Source: a bacterium
GTDB taxonomy: Bacteria > Krumholzibacteriota > Krumholzibacteriia > LZORAL124-64-63
Length of the DNA: 64,000 nt
Direction: 5' to 3'
Assembly (NCBI GenBank): GCA_003353795.1
Contig: PIVY01000001.1
Span: forward strand, 16,932 to 80,931
Both the position numbers and the translations under genes were made by a program. The notes beneath the pieces are model-generated. The model ran no database searches and was not told the origin of the DNA. It saw only the letters and a list, made by a program, of their open reading frames with translations. Every line of letters begins with the position of its first letter. The first letter of the stretch is position 1. Below, piece after piece: positions 54,462 through 64,000 of the stretch.

Positions 54462-55915
54462 GCGACCTGCACGGGACGGCCGGCGGCCAGCGGGCCGTCC
54501 TGCGCAATATCGCGGTGCTGGGTGTGGCCCAGGCCGCCACCATGCTCCTGAACCTGGCGGCGCTGGTGCACATCGCCCTGACCGTGGGCGATACCTGGTT
54601 CGGTGTGCTCCAGTGGGGCGTGGCCTTTTCGGCCTACGCGCTCATCGTGGCCGAGTGGGGGCTGGCGACCCTTGCAGTGCGCGAGATCTCCCGCCTGCCC
54701 TCCACCGCCGCCGTGCAATCGTTCGCGCGCACCCATCTCGGTCTCATGATGTCGCTGGGCGTTCTGGTGATGGCGCTGGGCGCGGTGGCCCTGCCGGTCT
54801 TTCCGATGTTCCGCACGGATCCGGTGATCCTCCTGGTGTACCTCGCCACCATCATCCCGTTCATGGTGTCGCTCGACTGGGTCGGTATCGGACTGCAGCG
54901 CCTGACCACGGTGAGCGTCGTGAAGACACTACGCAGCTTCCTGTATGCACTAGCGGTGTTGCTGCTGCTGCGGAAGATGGACGGCGTTGGGGGTTGGACG
55001 TCGGCGCGCTGGGTGCCGGTGTTCTTCTGGGTGGCCTGGATCGTCGCCGCTGCGGTGATGGCCTGGCGGGTGCGCGGCTGGTTGGGCGGCTGGGTCCGGC
55101 CGGAATTCGGTCCGCTGGCCGAGTGGCGCCAGCGACTGCGCGCGACGGCCCCCATCGGTGCGGGGGCGATCACCCTTCGCGTCCTGCTGAACATCGACAT
55201 CGTCCTGCTGGGCTTCCTGGCCGTGCCTGCGGTGGTGGGAAACTATGCAGCAGCGGCCAAGGTCGTCTTCGTACTCACCATCGCCGTGGAGGTGGTGTGG
55301 AAAGCGCTCTTGCCGCGGCTGTCCCTGGCCTGGACGGAGTCACCGGACCTGAGCCGCCGGCGATTCAGCTTCTACCTCGGACTGGTGCTGCTGGTACTCG
55401 TGCCGGTGGCCGTGGGCGGCGTGATCCTTGGCGACGATCTCATGGTGATGCTCTACGACGACAGCTTTCCGGACGCCGGGACGGTCTGCCGCATCCTCAG
55501 CGTGAGTTACGTGGCGCTGGCAGTGGGGCAGTTCTGCGGCAACGGGCTCATCGCCACCGATCGCCAGTCGCGATACTTTCCGCCTCTGGCGGTGGGGGCA
55601 GTGGTCGCCGTGGTGGCCGTGATTCTGCTTGGCTCGAGGCAGGGAGGGATCGGGGCTGCCTGGGGCATGCTCGCGGCGCACTCGGTGCTCGCCGTGGCCA
55701 CGGCGACCGTGGCGCGCGATCTGATCGTGCGGGCGCTCTGGCGTCCGGTGGCGTCGGCAGTCGCAGGAGCGGCCATCATGACCGTGGTGCTGGGCGCGCT
55801 GCCGGGATGGCATCTGGTCGCACGCGTGGCCGTGGCGATCGCCGTCTACGGCGCCGTGGCGTCGCCGCTCGCACTGGGCTGGCTGCGTCGCGAGGTTCGC
55901 GGCACCGGACTCTGA
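54458..55915 (+). CDS. MOP-superfamily polysaccharide flippase (Wzx-like)
   Basis: TTG 54458 overlaps the upstream stop as TTGA. LRNIAVLGVAQAATMLLNL and 12-14 hydrophobic helices, typical of 'polysaccharide biosynthesis protein' flippases. Confidence 0.7.
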   Translation: MSDLHGTAGGQRAVLRNIAVLGVAQAATMLLNLAALVHIALTVGDTWFGVLQWGVAFSAYALIVAEWGLATLAVREISRLPSTAAVQSFARTHLGLMMSLGVLVMALGAVALPVFPMFRTDPVILLVYLATIIPFMVSLDWVGIGLQRLTTVSVVKTLRSFLYALAVLLLLRKMDGVGGWTSARWVPVFFWVAWIVAAAVMAWRVRGWLGGWVRPEFGPLAEWRQRLRATAPIGAGAITLRVLLNIDIVLLGFLAVPAVVGNYAAAAKVVFVLTIAVEVVWKALLPRLSLAWTESPDLSRRRFSFYLGLVLLVLVPVAVGGVILGDDLMVMLYDDSFPDAGTVCRILSVSYVALAVGQFCGNGLIATDRQSRYFPPLAVGAVVAVVAVILLGSRQGGIGAAWGMLAAHSVLAVATATVARDLIVRALWRPVASAVAGAAIMTVVLGALPGWHLVARVAVAIAVYGAVASPLALGWLRREVRGTGL

Positions 55916-57090
55916 TGCGCGTCCCTGGCCGCGACGACCAGGAACCAGGCGGCCAGGATCACGAACGTGGGGTTGTTGAGATGTTCCTCGAACATGAACA
56001 CCCCGGCGGTATGGAAGGCGAGTAGACCTTCGAGCATGAAGGGACCGTCGCGGCCGCCGAGTCCCCGCACCGACACCACCGTCATGGCCACCAGGAGCGC
56101 GAGGCCCAGGGGCAACCCGAGATAGACCGACGCCTGCAGGAAGGCGTTGTGGGTGGCGCGGATGCCCACGGCGTCGTGCAGGGCTTCCTTGCCCTGGGTC
56201 ACGCCCAGGCCCAGGGGATGCTCGATGGACAGGACGACGGCCCCGCGATTGCTCTCGACACGTTCGCCCGCGTTGGCACTGATGGCCGAGGCGTCGCGCC
56301 AGCGGCTCCAGCCGCCCGGCGGTCCGTAGATCACCAGGAGCGGCGCGATCACCGCCAGCAATACCGAACCGATGACGAATCCCCGGGCGAATTGCCGCGC
56401 CGCCACGAACGCGTAGACCACCGTCAGCACCGCGATGACCAGCGGACTGCGCGTGCTGGTCAGATGCAGGACCACCAGGAAACCTGCGAGCACCGCCATC
56501 AGCACCGGCAGCCGGCAGCGCCGTCGGAAGTAGAGGAAAAAGACCGCCGGCACGGCGAGACTGAGGACGGTGGCCGACGCATTGTGCTGTCCATGGAGCC
56601 CGGGCAATCGCACGGTCTGGGCCACGTAGTGGTAGTACTCCGACTGGCTCGACGACAAGCCCACCAGGCGCAGGAGACCCTCGAATCCCGCCCATTGCAA
56701 CAGCACCACCGCCACGTTCACGCCGCCACCGATGACCAGCCCCCAGGCGAAACGCTCGCGCTCCACGCGGCCGGACAGCATCACCGACAGTGCCACGGCC
56801 CAGGGCACCGCCACGAGCCAGCGGCCCGCCTGGGTGACGGTGGTCGGGTCGCTGTCGACCAGGCTCAGGACCAGCCAGCCGGCGGGAAATAGCGCCGCGG
56901 CGCCCAGGATCACCAGCGGCCGCGGGTCCTGGCGCCCGGCTGCCAGGCGCATGACGAGCCACACGGCCAGCATTGCGCCCACCAGGTCGGTGGCCCGCGG
57001 GGAGGCGGGAACCGTGGGCAGCAGGTAGAAGTTGACCGTCAGGACGAATCCGGCCAGCCAGGGGGCGTGTTTCTGCAAGAGCGTGAGCAT
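55846..57090 (-). CDS. O-antigen ligase/polymerase-family (Wzy_C-like) membrane protein
   Basis: ATG 57090. At least 10 helices. GIRATHNAFLQASVYLGLPLGLALL resembles the Wzy_C 'HN.yL' block. The 3' end overlaps the convergent flippase gene by 70 nt. Confidence 0.65.
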   Translation of the reverse strand: MLTLLQKHAPWLAGFVLTVNFYLLPTVPASPRATDLVGAMLAVWLVMRLAAGRQDPRPLVILGAAALFPAGWLVLSLVDSDPTTVTQAGRWLVAVPWAVALSVMLSGRVERERFAWGLVIGGGVNVAVVLLQWAGFEGLLRLVGLSSSQSEYYHYVAQTVRLPGLHGQHNASATVLSLAVPAVFFLYFRRRCRLPVLMAVLAGFLVVLHLTSTRSPLVIAVLTVVYAFVAARQFARGFVIGSVLLAVIAPLLVIYGPPGGWSRWRDASAISANAGERVESNRGAVVLSIEHPLGLGVTQGKEALHDAVGIRATHNAFLQASVYLGLPLGLALLVAMTVVSVRGLGGRDGPFMLEGLLAFHTAGVFMFEEHLNNPTFVILAAWFLVVAARDAHQSPVPRTSRRSQPSASGDATAP

Positions 57091-57274
57091 GGCTCGTTCC
57101 GGAGAGAGCTGGAGCAAAATCCGACGTGGGCGCCGGCGCGTCTGCGATGCTAGTATTCTCCGGCGACCGGTGGCCGTCAACCTGCGGCCTCGGTGAACCT
57201 GGACTTCGATCGCATTTCGGTCGATCATGGAACCCGAAATCTGCAGTTTCCAGCTCCGAGAGGTGATCACGATC

Positions 57275-58384
57275 ATGCCCAAGATCTTTGCGAACCGCTT
57301 GCTCCTGACCGCGCTCGCCGCGCCGATCCTTCTGGCTGGCTGCGGAGGAGGCATCGACAGTGTCCTGGAGAGCGACGGATTCCACGTGGAAGACCTCACC
57401 ATCGGCACCGGTGACGTCGCTGCGACCGGCGACCACCTCACCGTCTCCTTCTCGACCTGTCTCTATACCGACGGCGCCAAGGGTCGCGAGATGGACCGCG
57501 CGGGCGACGACGGCCACGGCTTCGTCCTGGGCGTCGGCGAGGTCATGCCCGGGTGGGATGCTGGGCTCGTGGGCATGGCCGAGGGCGGCGTGCGTCGAAT
57601 TGTGGTCGCGCCATCCATGATCGGTCGTGGATTCCGGCCGCGCGCCGTGTCGGCCGACGATGCCCTCTGGTGCGAGGTGACCCTGCTGGACATCGCTCGG
57701 CTCCAGACCACGGATCTCGCGCCTGGCGCCGACGAGCCGCTCGGAGCGGGTCACTACGTGGCGATCCACTACACGGGCTGGCACTACGAGAACGGGGCCA
57801 AGGCCACCCAGTTCATCTCCAGCCGGGACGACTCGGCGCCCGTGGGCGTGATGCTGGGCGCCGGCATGGTGAACCCAGGGCTCGACATCGGTCTCCTCGG
57901 CATGCGGGTCGGTGGCAGTCGCCGGGTGATCGTTCCGCCCGCGCTGGCCTACGGCAAGCAGGGCCGCGACCCCGTCAAGCCCGATGCGACCCTGCTCTAC
58001 GAGGTCGAGGTGGTGTCGCGTCCCGAGGTGGTCGCCGAGACCATCCGCGAGGGCGAGGGCGAGCCTGTGGGGTCGGGAGAACGGGTGAGCTTCCATCTGG
58101 CCGGATGGGTGCGCGAACCCGACGGCAGCAAGGGTGAGCAGTTCCAGGACAGCCGAAATCAGCGACAACCGCTGACCGTGGTCCTCGGTGCGTTCAAGAT
58201 CCAGCCGGGTCTCGAACTGGGAATCCGGGGCATGAAATCCGGCGAGTTGCGGCGTCTGGACGTGCCTTCGGCCATGGCATTCGGTGCCCGCGGCTGGCAC
58301 CGGGGGGACCGCACCCTCGTGCCGCCCGATACCGATGTCGTCTACGAGGTCGAGCTCCAGAGCGGTAGCGTCCAGGTGAAGTGA
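57275..58384 (+). CDS. lipoprotein with three tandem FKBP-type peptidyl-prolyl isomerase domains
   Basis: Lipobox ILLAGCGGG. Three repeats of the FKBP pattern (GxG...V.VHYTG...F.SS...P..F.LG.G.VI.GWD.GL.GM..GG.R...IP). Examples: GHYVAIHYTGWHYENG...MVNPGLDIGLLGMRVGGSRRVIVPPALAYG. Confidence 0.8.
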   Translation: MPKIFANRLLLTALAAPILLAGCGGGIDSVLESDGFHVEDLTIGTGDVAATGDHLTVSFSTCLYTDGAKGREMDRAGDDGHGFVLGVGEVMPGWDAGLVGMAEGGVRRIVVAPSMIGRGFRPRAVSADDALWCEVTLLDIARLQTTDLAPGADEPLGAGHYVAIHYTGWHYENGAKATQFISSRDDSAPVGVMLGAGMVNPGLDIGLLGMRVGGSRRVIVPPALAYGKQGRDPVKPDATLLYEVEVVSRPEVVAETIREGEGEPVGSGERVSFHLAGWVREPDGSKGEQFQDSRNQRQPLTVVLGAFKIQPGLELGIRGMKSGELRRLDVPSAMAFGARGWHRGDRTLVPPDTDVVYEVELQSGSVQVK

Positions 58385-58456
58385 CCGCTTCCCGGTGACG
58401 GTTTTTCCTTTTTTTGGCGCTTCTCCCCTGGCAGAAGCGTCAAATTCTGCTAATCC

Positions 58457-58485
58457 TTGATCGTTCCGTCGAAGCCGTGTAACTT
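58457..58485 (+). promoter_or_regulatory. candidate sigma70-type promoter of hppA
   Basis: TTGATC (58457-58462), a 17-nt spacer, then TAACTT (58480-58485). Preceded by an unusual T-rich tract GGTTTTTCCTTTTTTTGG. About 118 nt upstream of ATG 58604. Confidence 0.3.
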
Positions 58486-58603
58486 GGGCGCCGCCCGGAT
58501 GCGGAGGAAACCGCTCCGGGAATGGCTGCGGACCGTCCGGACGTCCCGCCTGCCTCGATGTAGACCGCGCTGGTCGCGGTCGTTCTGCAAGGAGAACTCG
58601 TCG

Positions 58604-60619
<2,016 letters not shown>

Positions 60620-60646
60620 ATCGGGATACATCACGGATCGGTGACA

Positions 60647-60678
60647 GGCGGCCCGAACCCACATGGGGGCGGGCCGCC
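60647..60678 (+). terminator. hairpin after hppA
   Basis: GGCGGCCCG-(14-nt loop)-CGGGCCGCC sits 28 nt after stop 60619, followed by CGTTCGTT. Confidence 0.4.
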
Positions 60679-60855
60679 CGTTCGTTCCCCAAACCCTCAC
60701 CAAGGCGACAGAATTCGTCAGCAGGGACAATCTCCGCGGTTCTACAGCTGATCCCTTGTGTTGCCTTTTGCTCCGGTATTTGCCCGACGATTAGAAGGTG
60801 ACCTTAACCTATAAAAAAGAAATCTGTACTATTTCGACCTAGAAACGTGAGTAGA

Positions 60856-60869
60856 TTTGTGCTATGGTC
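60856..60869 (+). promoter_or_regulatory. promoter-like box TTTGTGCTATGGTC (extended -10 TGnTATGGT), copy 1
   Basis: Lies in an AT-rich island upstream of ATG 61057. The same 14-mer, with one mismatch, recurs upstream of the paralogue at 63536-63549. Confidence 0.45.
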
Positions 60870-61056
60870 ACCGCGGTATGAGGGGAACCAGGCTATCTAC
60901 GGATCCCGCCCCGTGATTGCCTGCGTTGCTTAATTAGAATTGCATCTTGCTCTTGCACCCTCCCCGCCTCACCACACCCCGGGCCGAAATGTGTCCGGGG
61001 CTTCAAAGGCCGTCCTTCGCGCTAGATCGGAGGACCAAGTGGAAGGGAACTTCACC

Positions 61057-62076
61057 ATGCGGAAACTGCTAGTGTTCGCCATGATGCTGACTCTGGTCGG
61101 CACGGCTATGGCCTTCGACCTTGGCAACCAGGCTGGCGACAAGCCGGTCATCAACTACCCCGAGAACATTCCTGGCGATCGTCAGGGTGGCGATACCATC
61201 CTCGACGCCGTTCTCGTCGCTCTCCCCGTCGTCAACGGCACCGGCACCACCGCCGGCTACACTGACGACTACGACGAAGTGTGCCCCTACACCAACTCCA
61301 CCTCGCCGGACGTGGTCTACACGTTCATCCCGGATGCGGACGTCGGCATCAATGTCGATCTGTTCGGATCCGCGTATGACACCAAGACCTACCTCTACGA
61401 CGAGAACCTGGCCCTGGTCGCCTGCAACGACGACTTCTACAGCGACTACACCTCGCTGCTGGAGAACGTGCCCGTGGTCGCCGGTGTCCAGTACTTCCTG
61501 GTCATCGATGGTTATGGTGGCGACTTCGGCGACTACCTGGTCAACATCACCGAGTTCGAGCCTTGCGTGGTCGACTGCCCCGCTGGTGCTTCCATGGAAG
61601 GCGAGCCCCCGCTGGCGAACGACCAGGTGGACAACTGGAATGGTGGCTGTAACACGGATCCCGTGAACGGCCCCTTCCAGCCCATGGGCCCGGGTGACTT
61701 CTGTGGCGTGAGTGGCTTCTTCCTCGCCGCTGGATCCAATAACCGTGACACCGACTGGTTCACCCTGGAGATCGGCGCTGACGGCTTCATCGAGTTCTAC
61801 GGTGATGCTGAACTGGCCACCTACATGTTCGAACTGGGTCCCCAGGACTGTAATACCGTCGGCGTGATTCAGAACGTGATCATCGGCCCCTGCCTTCCCG
61901 GCGTCATGACGATCGTCGGTGCTCCGGGTTCGACGGTGTGGTTCTGGGTCGGCCCGACGACCTTCGCCTCGCCCGACGGCTCTGACGTTTACGAGTATGA
62001 CTACGTCATCAACGTGAGCGGCATCGTCGCCGTCGAGGATCACAGCTGGACGAACGTCAAGTCGCTGTTCGACTGA
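61057..62076 (+). CDS. secreted protein with two PPC (pre-peptidase C-terminal)-like beta-sandwich domains
   Basis: Signal MRKLLVFAMMLTLVGTAMA. GGDTILDAV...GYTDDYDEVCPYTNSTSPDVVYTF...FGSAYDTKTYLYDENLALVACNDDFY...YFLVIDGYGGDFGDY. Second domain NGGCN...NRDTDWFTLE. Ends HSWTNVKSLFD. Confidence 0.65.
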   Translation: MRKLLVFAMMLTLVGTAMAFDLGNQAGDKPVINYPENIPGDRQGGDTILDAVLVALPVVNGTGTTAGYTDDYDEVCPYTNSTSPDVVYTFIPDADVGINVDLFGSAYDTKTYLYDENLALVACNDDFYSDYTSLLENVPVVAGVQYFLVIDGYGGDFGDYLVNITEFEPCVVDCPAGASMEGEPPLANDQVDNWNGGCNTDPVNGPFQPMGPGDFCGVSGFFLAAGSNNRDTDWFTLEIGADGFIEFYGDAELATYMFELGPQDCNTVGVIQNVIIGPCLPGVMTIVGAPGSTVWFWVGPTTFASPDGSDVYEYDYVINVSGIVAVEDHSWTNVKSLFD

Positions 62077-62117
62077 TCGTTCCGGATTGACCGTCTGACC
62101 GAAGGCGGGACGGTCAT

Positions 62118-62143
62118 GGGGCCGGGGAGCAATCCCCGGCCCC
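62118..62143 (+). terminator. intrinsic terminator after 61057-62076
   Basis: GGGGCCGGGGA-gcaa-TCCCCGGCCCC (11-bp stem, tetraloop) followed by TTCTTCAT. Confidence 0.55.
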
Positions 62144-62180
62144 TTCTTCATGCCCTCGACCTTCATGTGCCTCGACGAAA

Positions 62181-62210
62181 CGGGGCCGGGTCCTGGCGGA
62201 CCCGGCCCCG
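62181..62210 (-). terminator. intrinsic terminator after the aminotransferase gene
   Basis: CGGGGCCGGGTCC-tggc-GGACCCGGCCCCG (13-bp stem). On the minus strand it follows stop 62231 and is followed by TTTCGT. Confidence 0.55.
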
Positions 62211-62230
62211 TTCGTCTGGACGAATCCAGA

Positions 62231-63340
62231 TCAGTCTTCCGGCATCTGCGCGAAGTTGCGCACGTTCTCGATCACCAGGTCGATCTGCTCGCTGGTGAGG
62301 TCGCCGTGCATGGGCAGACTCACGATCTCGTCCTGATACTTGCTCGCCACGGGGAATTGCTCAGGGCGGTAGCCGAGGTCCTCGTACGCGGCGATCAGGG
62401 GCAGCGCTTTCAGGTAGTGCACACCGGTGGGAATTCCGGCTTCCTGCATGTTCTTGCGGAACTCATCGCGGTTGGCCACGCGGATCACGTAGAGATGGAA
62501 GACGTGCCGGGCGTCGGCATTCACTTCCGGCACCGCGCAGACCTCGCGCAGGCCGTCGGTGTAGCGGGAGGCTGCGGCGATCCGTGCCTCGGTCCATGTT
62601 TCGAGATGCCGAAGTTTCACCGACAGTACGGCGGCCTGGAAGCCGTCCATGCGGCTGTTCACGCCGACCATGCCGTGCAGCAGGTGATCGTGACGACCGT
62701 GGTTGCAGAAGTTGCTGACCCACTCTCGCAACTCGTCGCTGTCGGTCACCATGCAGCCGGCGTCGCCGTACGCACCCAGGTTCTTGCCGGGATAGAAGCT
62801 GTAGCAGGCGCAGTCGCCGAAGGTGCCGGCGGTCTTGCCTTGCCACTTGGCGCCGTGGGACTGGGCGGTGTCCTCGCAGACCTTGAGGCCGTGCTTCTCG
62901 GCGATGGCCATGACCTTGTCGATCTCGCAGGGCTGGCCGTAGAGGTGCACCGGCGCGATGGCCTTGGTCTTCGGGGTGATGGCCGCTTCGATCTTCTCCA
63001 CGTCGATGTTGTAATAGACGGGATCGTTGTCCACGAACACCGGCACGGCGCCAGTGTGGGAGATGGCCTCCGCCGTGGCGAAGAAGGTGTTGGCCGCGGT
63101 GATGACCTCGTCGCCGGGGCCGATACCCAGGCCTCGCATGGCGGCGTGGAGGGCATCGGTGCCGTTGGCCACGCCAACGCAGTGCTTGCTGCCGATGTAG
63201 CCTGCGAAATCCTTCTCGAAGGCGGCGGCGTACTTGCCGCCGATGAAAGCGCAATTGCCGAGGACGTCGGCCAGGGCCTGGTCGATCTCGGGCTTGATGG
63301 TCTGGTACTGGGTCTTCAGGTCGACGAAGGGGACACGCAT
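62231..63340 (-). CDS. DegT/DnrJ/EryC1/StrS-family PLP-dependent sugar aminotransferase
   Basis: MRVPFVDLKTQYQTIKPEIDQAL...FIGGKYAAAFEKDFAGYIGSKHCVGVANGTDALHAAMRGLGIGPGDEVITAANTFFATAEAI...SFYPGKNLGAYGDAG. Confidence 0.9.
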   Translation of the reverse strand: MRVPFVDLKTQYQTIKPEIDQALADVLGNCAFIGGKYAAAFEKDFAGYIGSKHCVGVANGTDALHAAMRGLGIGPGDEVITAANTFFATAEAISHTGAVPVFVDNDPVYYNIDVEKIEAAITPKTKAIAPVHLYGQPCEIDKVMAIAEKHGLKVCEDTAQSHGAKWQGKTAGTFGDCACYSFYPGKNLGAYGDAGCMVTDSDELREWVSNFCNHGRHDHLLHGMVGVNSRMDGFQAAVLSVKLRHLETWTEARIAAASRYTDGLREVCAVPEVNADARHVFHLYVIRVANRDEFRKNMQEAGIPTGVHYLKALPLIAAYEDLGYRPEQFPVASKYQDEIVSLPMHGDLTSEQIDLVIENVRNFAQMPED

Positions 63341-63535
63341 GGCCTACCTCGAAAGGTGTGGGGTGGCTCGGATCTTCCGCTCGAGGCGGACCCCCTGATC
63401 CGAATCGGGTTCGCAAGCATCATCTCTGGCATCGGCCGGGTCCAGACGGGATTGAGTCCAGCCGGTCCCGAAATCACGAGAAATAATAATATCAGAATGT
63501 TAAACATTTGTCAGGAACTAATTCTGATCCGGTAT

Positions 63536-63549
63536 TTTGTGATATGGTC
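63536..63549 (+). promoter_or_regulatory. promoter-like box TTTGTGATATGGTC, copy 2
   Basis: AT-rich divergent region between 63340 (-) and 63627 (+). Matches the box at 60856-60869 at 13 of 14 positions. About 80 nt upstream of ATG 63627. Confidence 0.45.
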
Positions 63550-63626
63550 TCTTCACTGCCGCGCCGAATCTGTTAGAATCGAATCTCGCCTTTTCGATCC
63601 GATCATCGAGCCGTTGGAGGGAACTC

Positions 63627-64000
63627 ATGATCCGCCTGCTCACGCTCCTCAGCCTGATCGTCCTCGCCTCGCCCATTCTCGCTCTCGACGCACAGCTCTC
63701 GCGCAAACCCGTCGAGAAGCCGCTTCGCCAGGTCACGCCGCCGCCGCCCAGCGCGGAGGTTCTGCGGCAGGGGGGCGACACCATCGTCGATGCGGTGGCG
63801 CTGACCGTCCCGGCGTCGCTGACCGGGTCGACCGTCGGCTACACCGATGACTACGACGAGGTCTGCCCCTACATGAACTCCACGTCGCCTGATGTGGTCT
63901 ACTCGCTGGTTCTGGCCGGCGACGCCGGGATCACCGTCGACCTTCTCGGCTCGGCCTATGACACGAAAGTCTACGTCTACGACGAGAACCTGAACCTCGT
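63627..64000 (+). CDS. secreted PPC-like protein, paralogue of 61057-62076 (3' end outside window; not in the ORF track)
   Basis: GGAGGGA precedes ATG 63627. MIRLLTLLSLIVLASPILA...GGDTIVDAVALTVPASLTGSTVGYTDDYDEVCPYMNSTSPDVVYSL...LGSAYDTKVYVYDENLNLV. The frame is open to the window end. Confidence 0.7.
   Translation, partial: MIRLLTLLSLIVLASPILALDAQLSRKPVEKPLRQVTPPPPSAEVLRQGGDTIVDAVALTVPASLTGSTVGYTDDYDEVCPYMNSTSPDVVYSLVLAGDAGITVDLLGSAYDTKVYVYDENLNL

Noticed and set aside
60851-60860. A Bacteroidetes-type promoter element TAnnTTTG (TAGATTTG) upstream of 61057.
   Set aside because: The paralogous upstream region (63533-63540, TATTTTGT) does not fit TAnnTTTG. What the two regions share fits an extended -10 (TGnTATGGT) better. 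I could not decide the promoter class from sequence alone.

Overview
GC-rich bacterial chromosomal segment (third codon positions are mostly G/C by eye) with about 50 tightly packed CDSs on both strands. I recognised no rRNA, tRNA, CRISPR array, transposase, integrase or prophage gene. All product calls come from motifs read in the supplied translations and recalled family signatures, not from searches. Start codons were re-picked by eye from RBS spacing and signal peptides.

Housekeeping and metabolic genes:
- Sir2 fragment, POT peptide transporter, GntR-ABC operon, ACE-like M2 peptidase.
- DUF1343/NamZ-like gene plus a fused MurU-AmgK-like gene, malQ, thyX, hutU.
- Saccharopine dehydrogenase-like gene, two-subunit class I fumarase, hppA, DegT aminotransferase.

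These are interleaved with many exported proteins (lipoproteins, TPR proteins, beta-barrels, PPC-like proteins). One protease carries a 'PNPFNPRT...' FlgD-Ig/T9SS-type C-terminal domain, which hints at an uncultured FCB-superphylum-like lineage (inference only).

Most unusual candidates:
1. Two tandem paralogous lipoproteins built from a repeated module, both ending exactly at 'PNPFN-stop' (30087-32467).
2. A divergent AlgX/J-like SGNH gene plus an SxtJ-like / carbamoyltransferase / 54-aa DUF5989-like module (26269-30005). The 54-aa ORF is absent from the ORF track.
3. Three paralogous large exported proteins, two of them with C-terminal TPR extensions, around a GT4 glycosyltransferase (13409-20950).
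4. An envelope cluster: transglutaminase-like protein, two LPP20-like lipoproteins, an EEP lipoprotein and a PEGA beta-barrel protein (36040-42178).
5. Paralogous secreted PPC-like proteins that share a 14-nt promoter-like box (60856-64000).

The long antisense ORFs in the track are judged to be high-GC artefacts.
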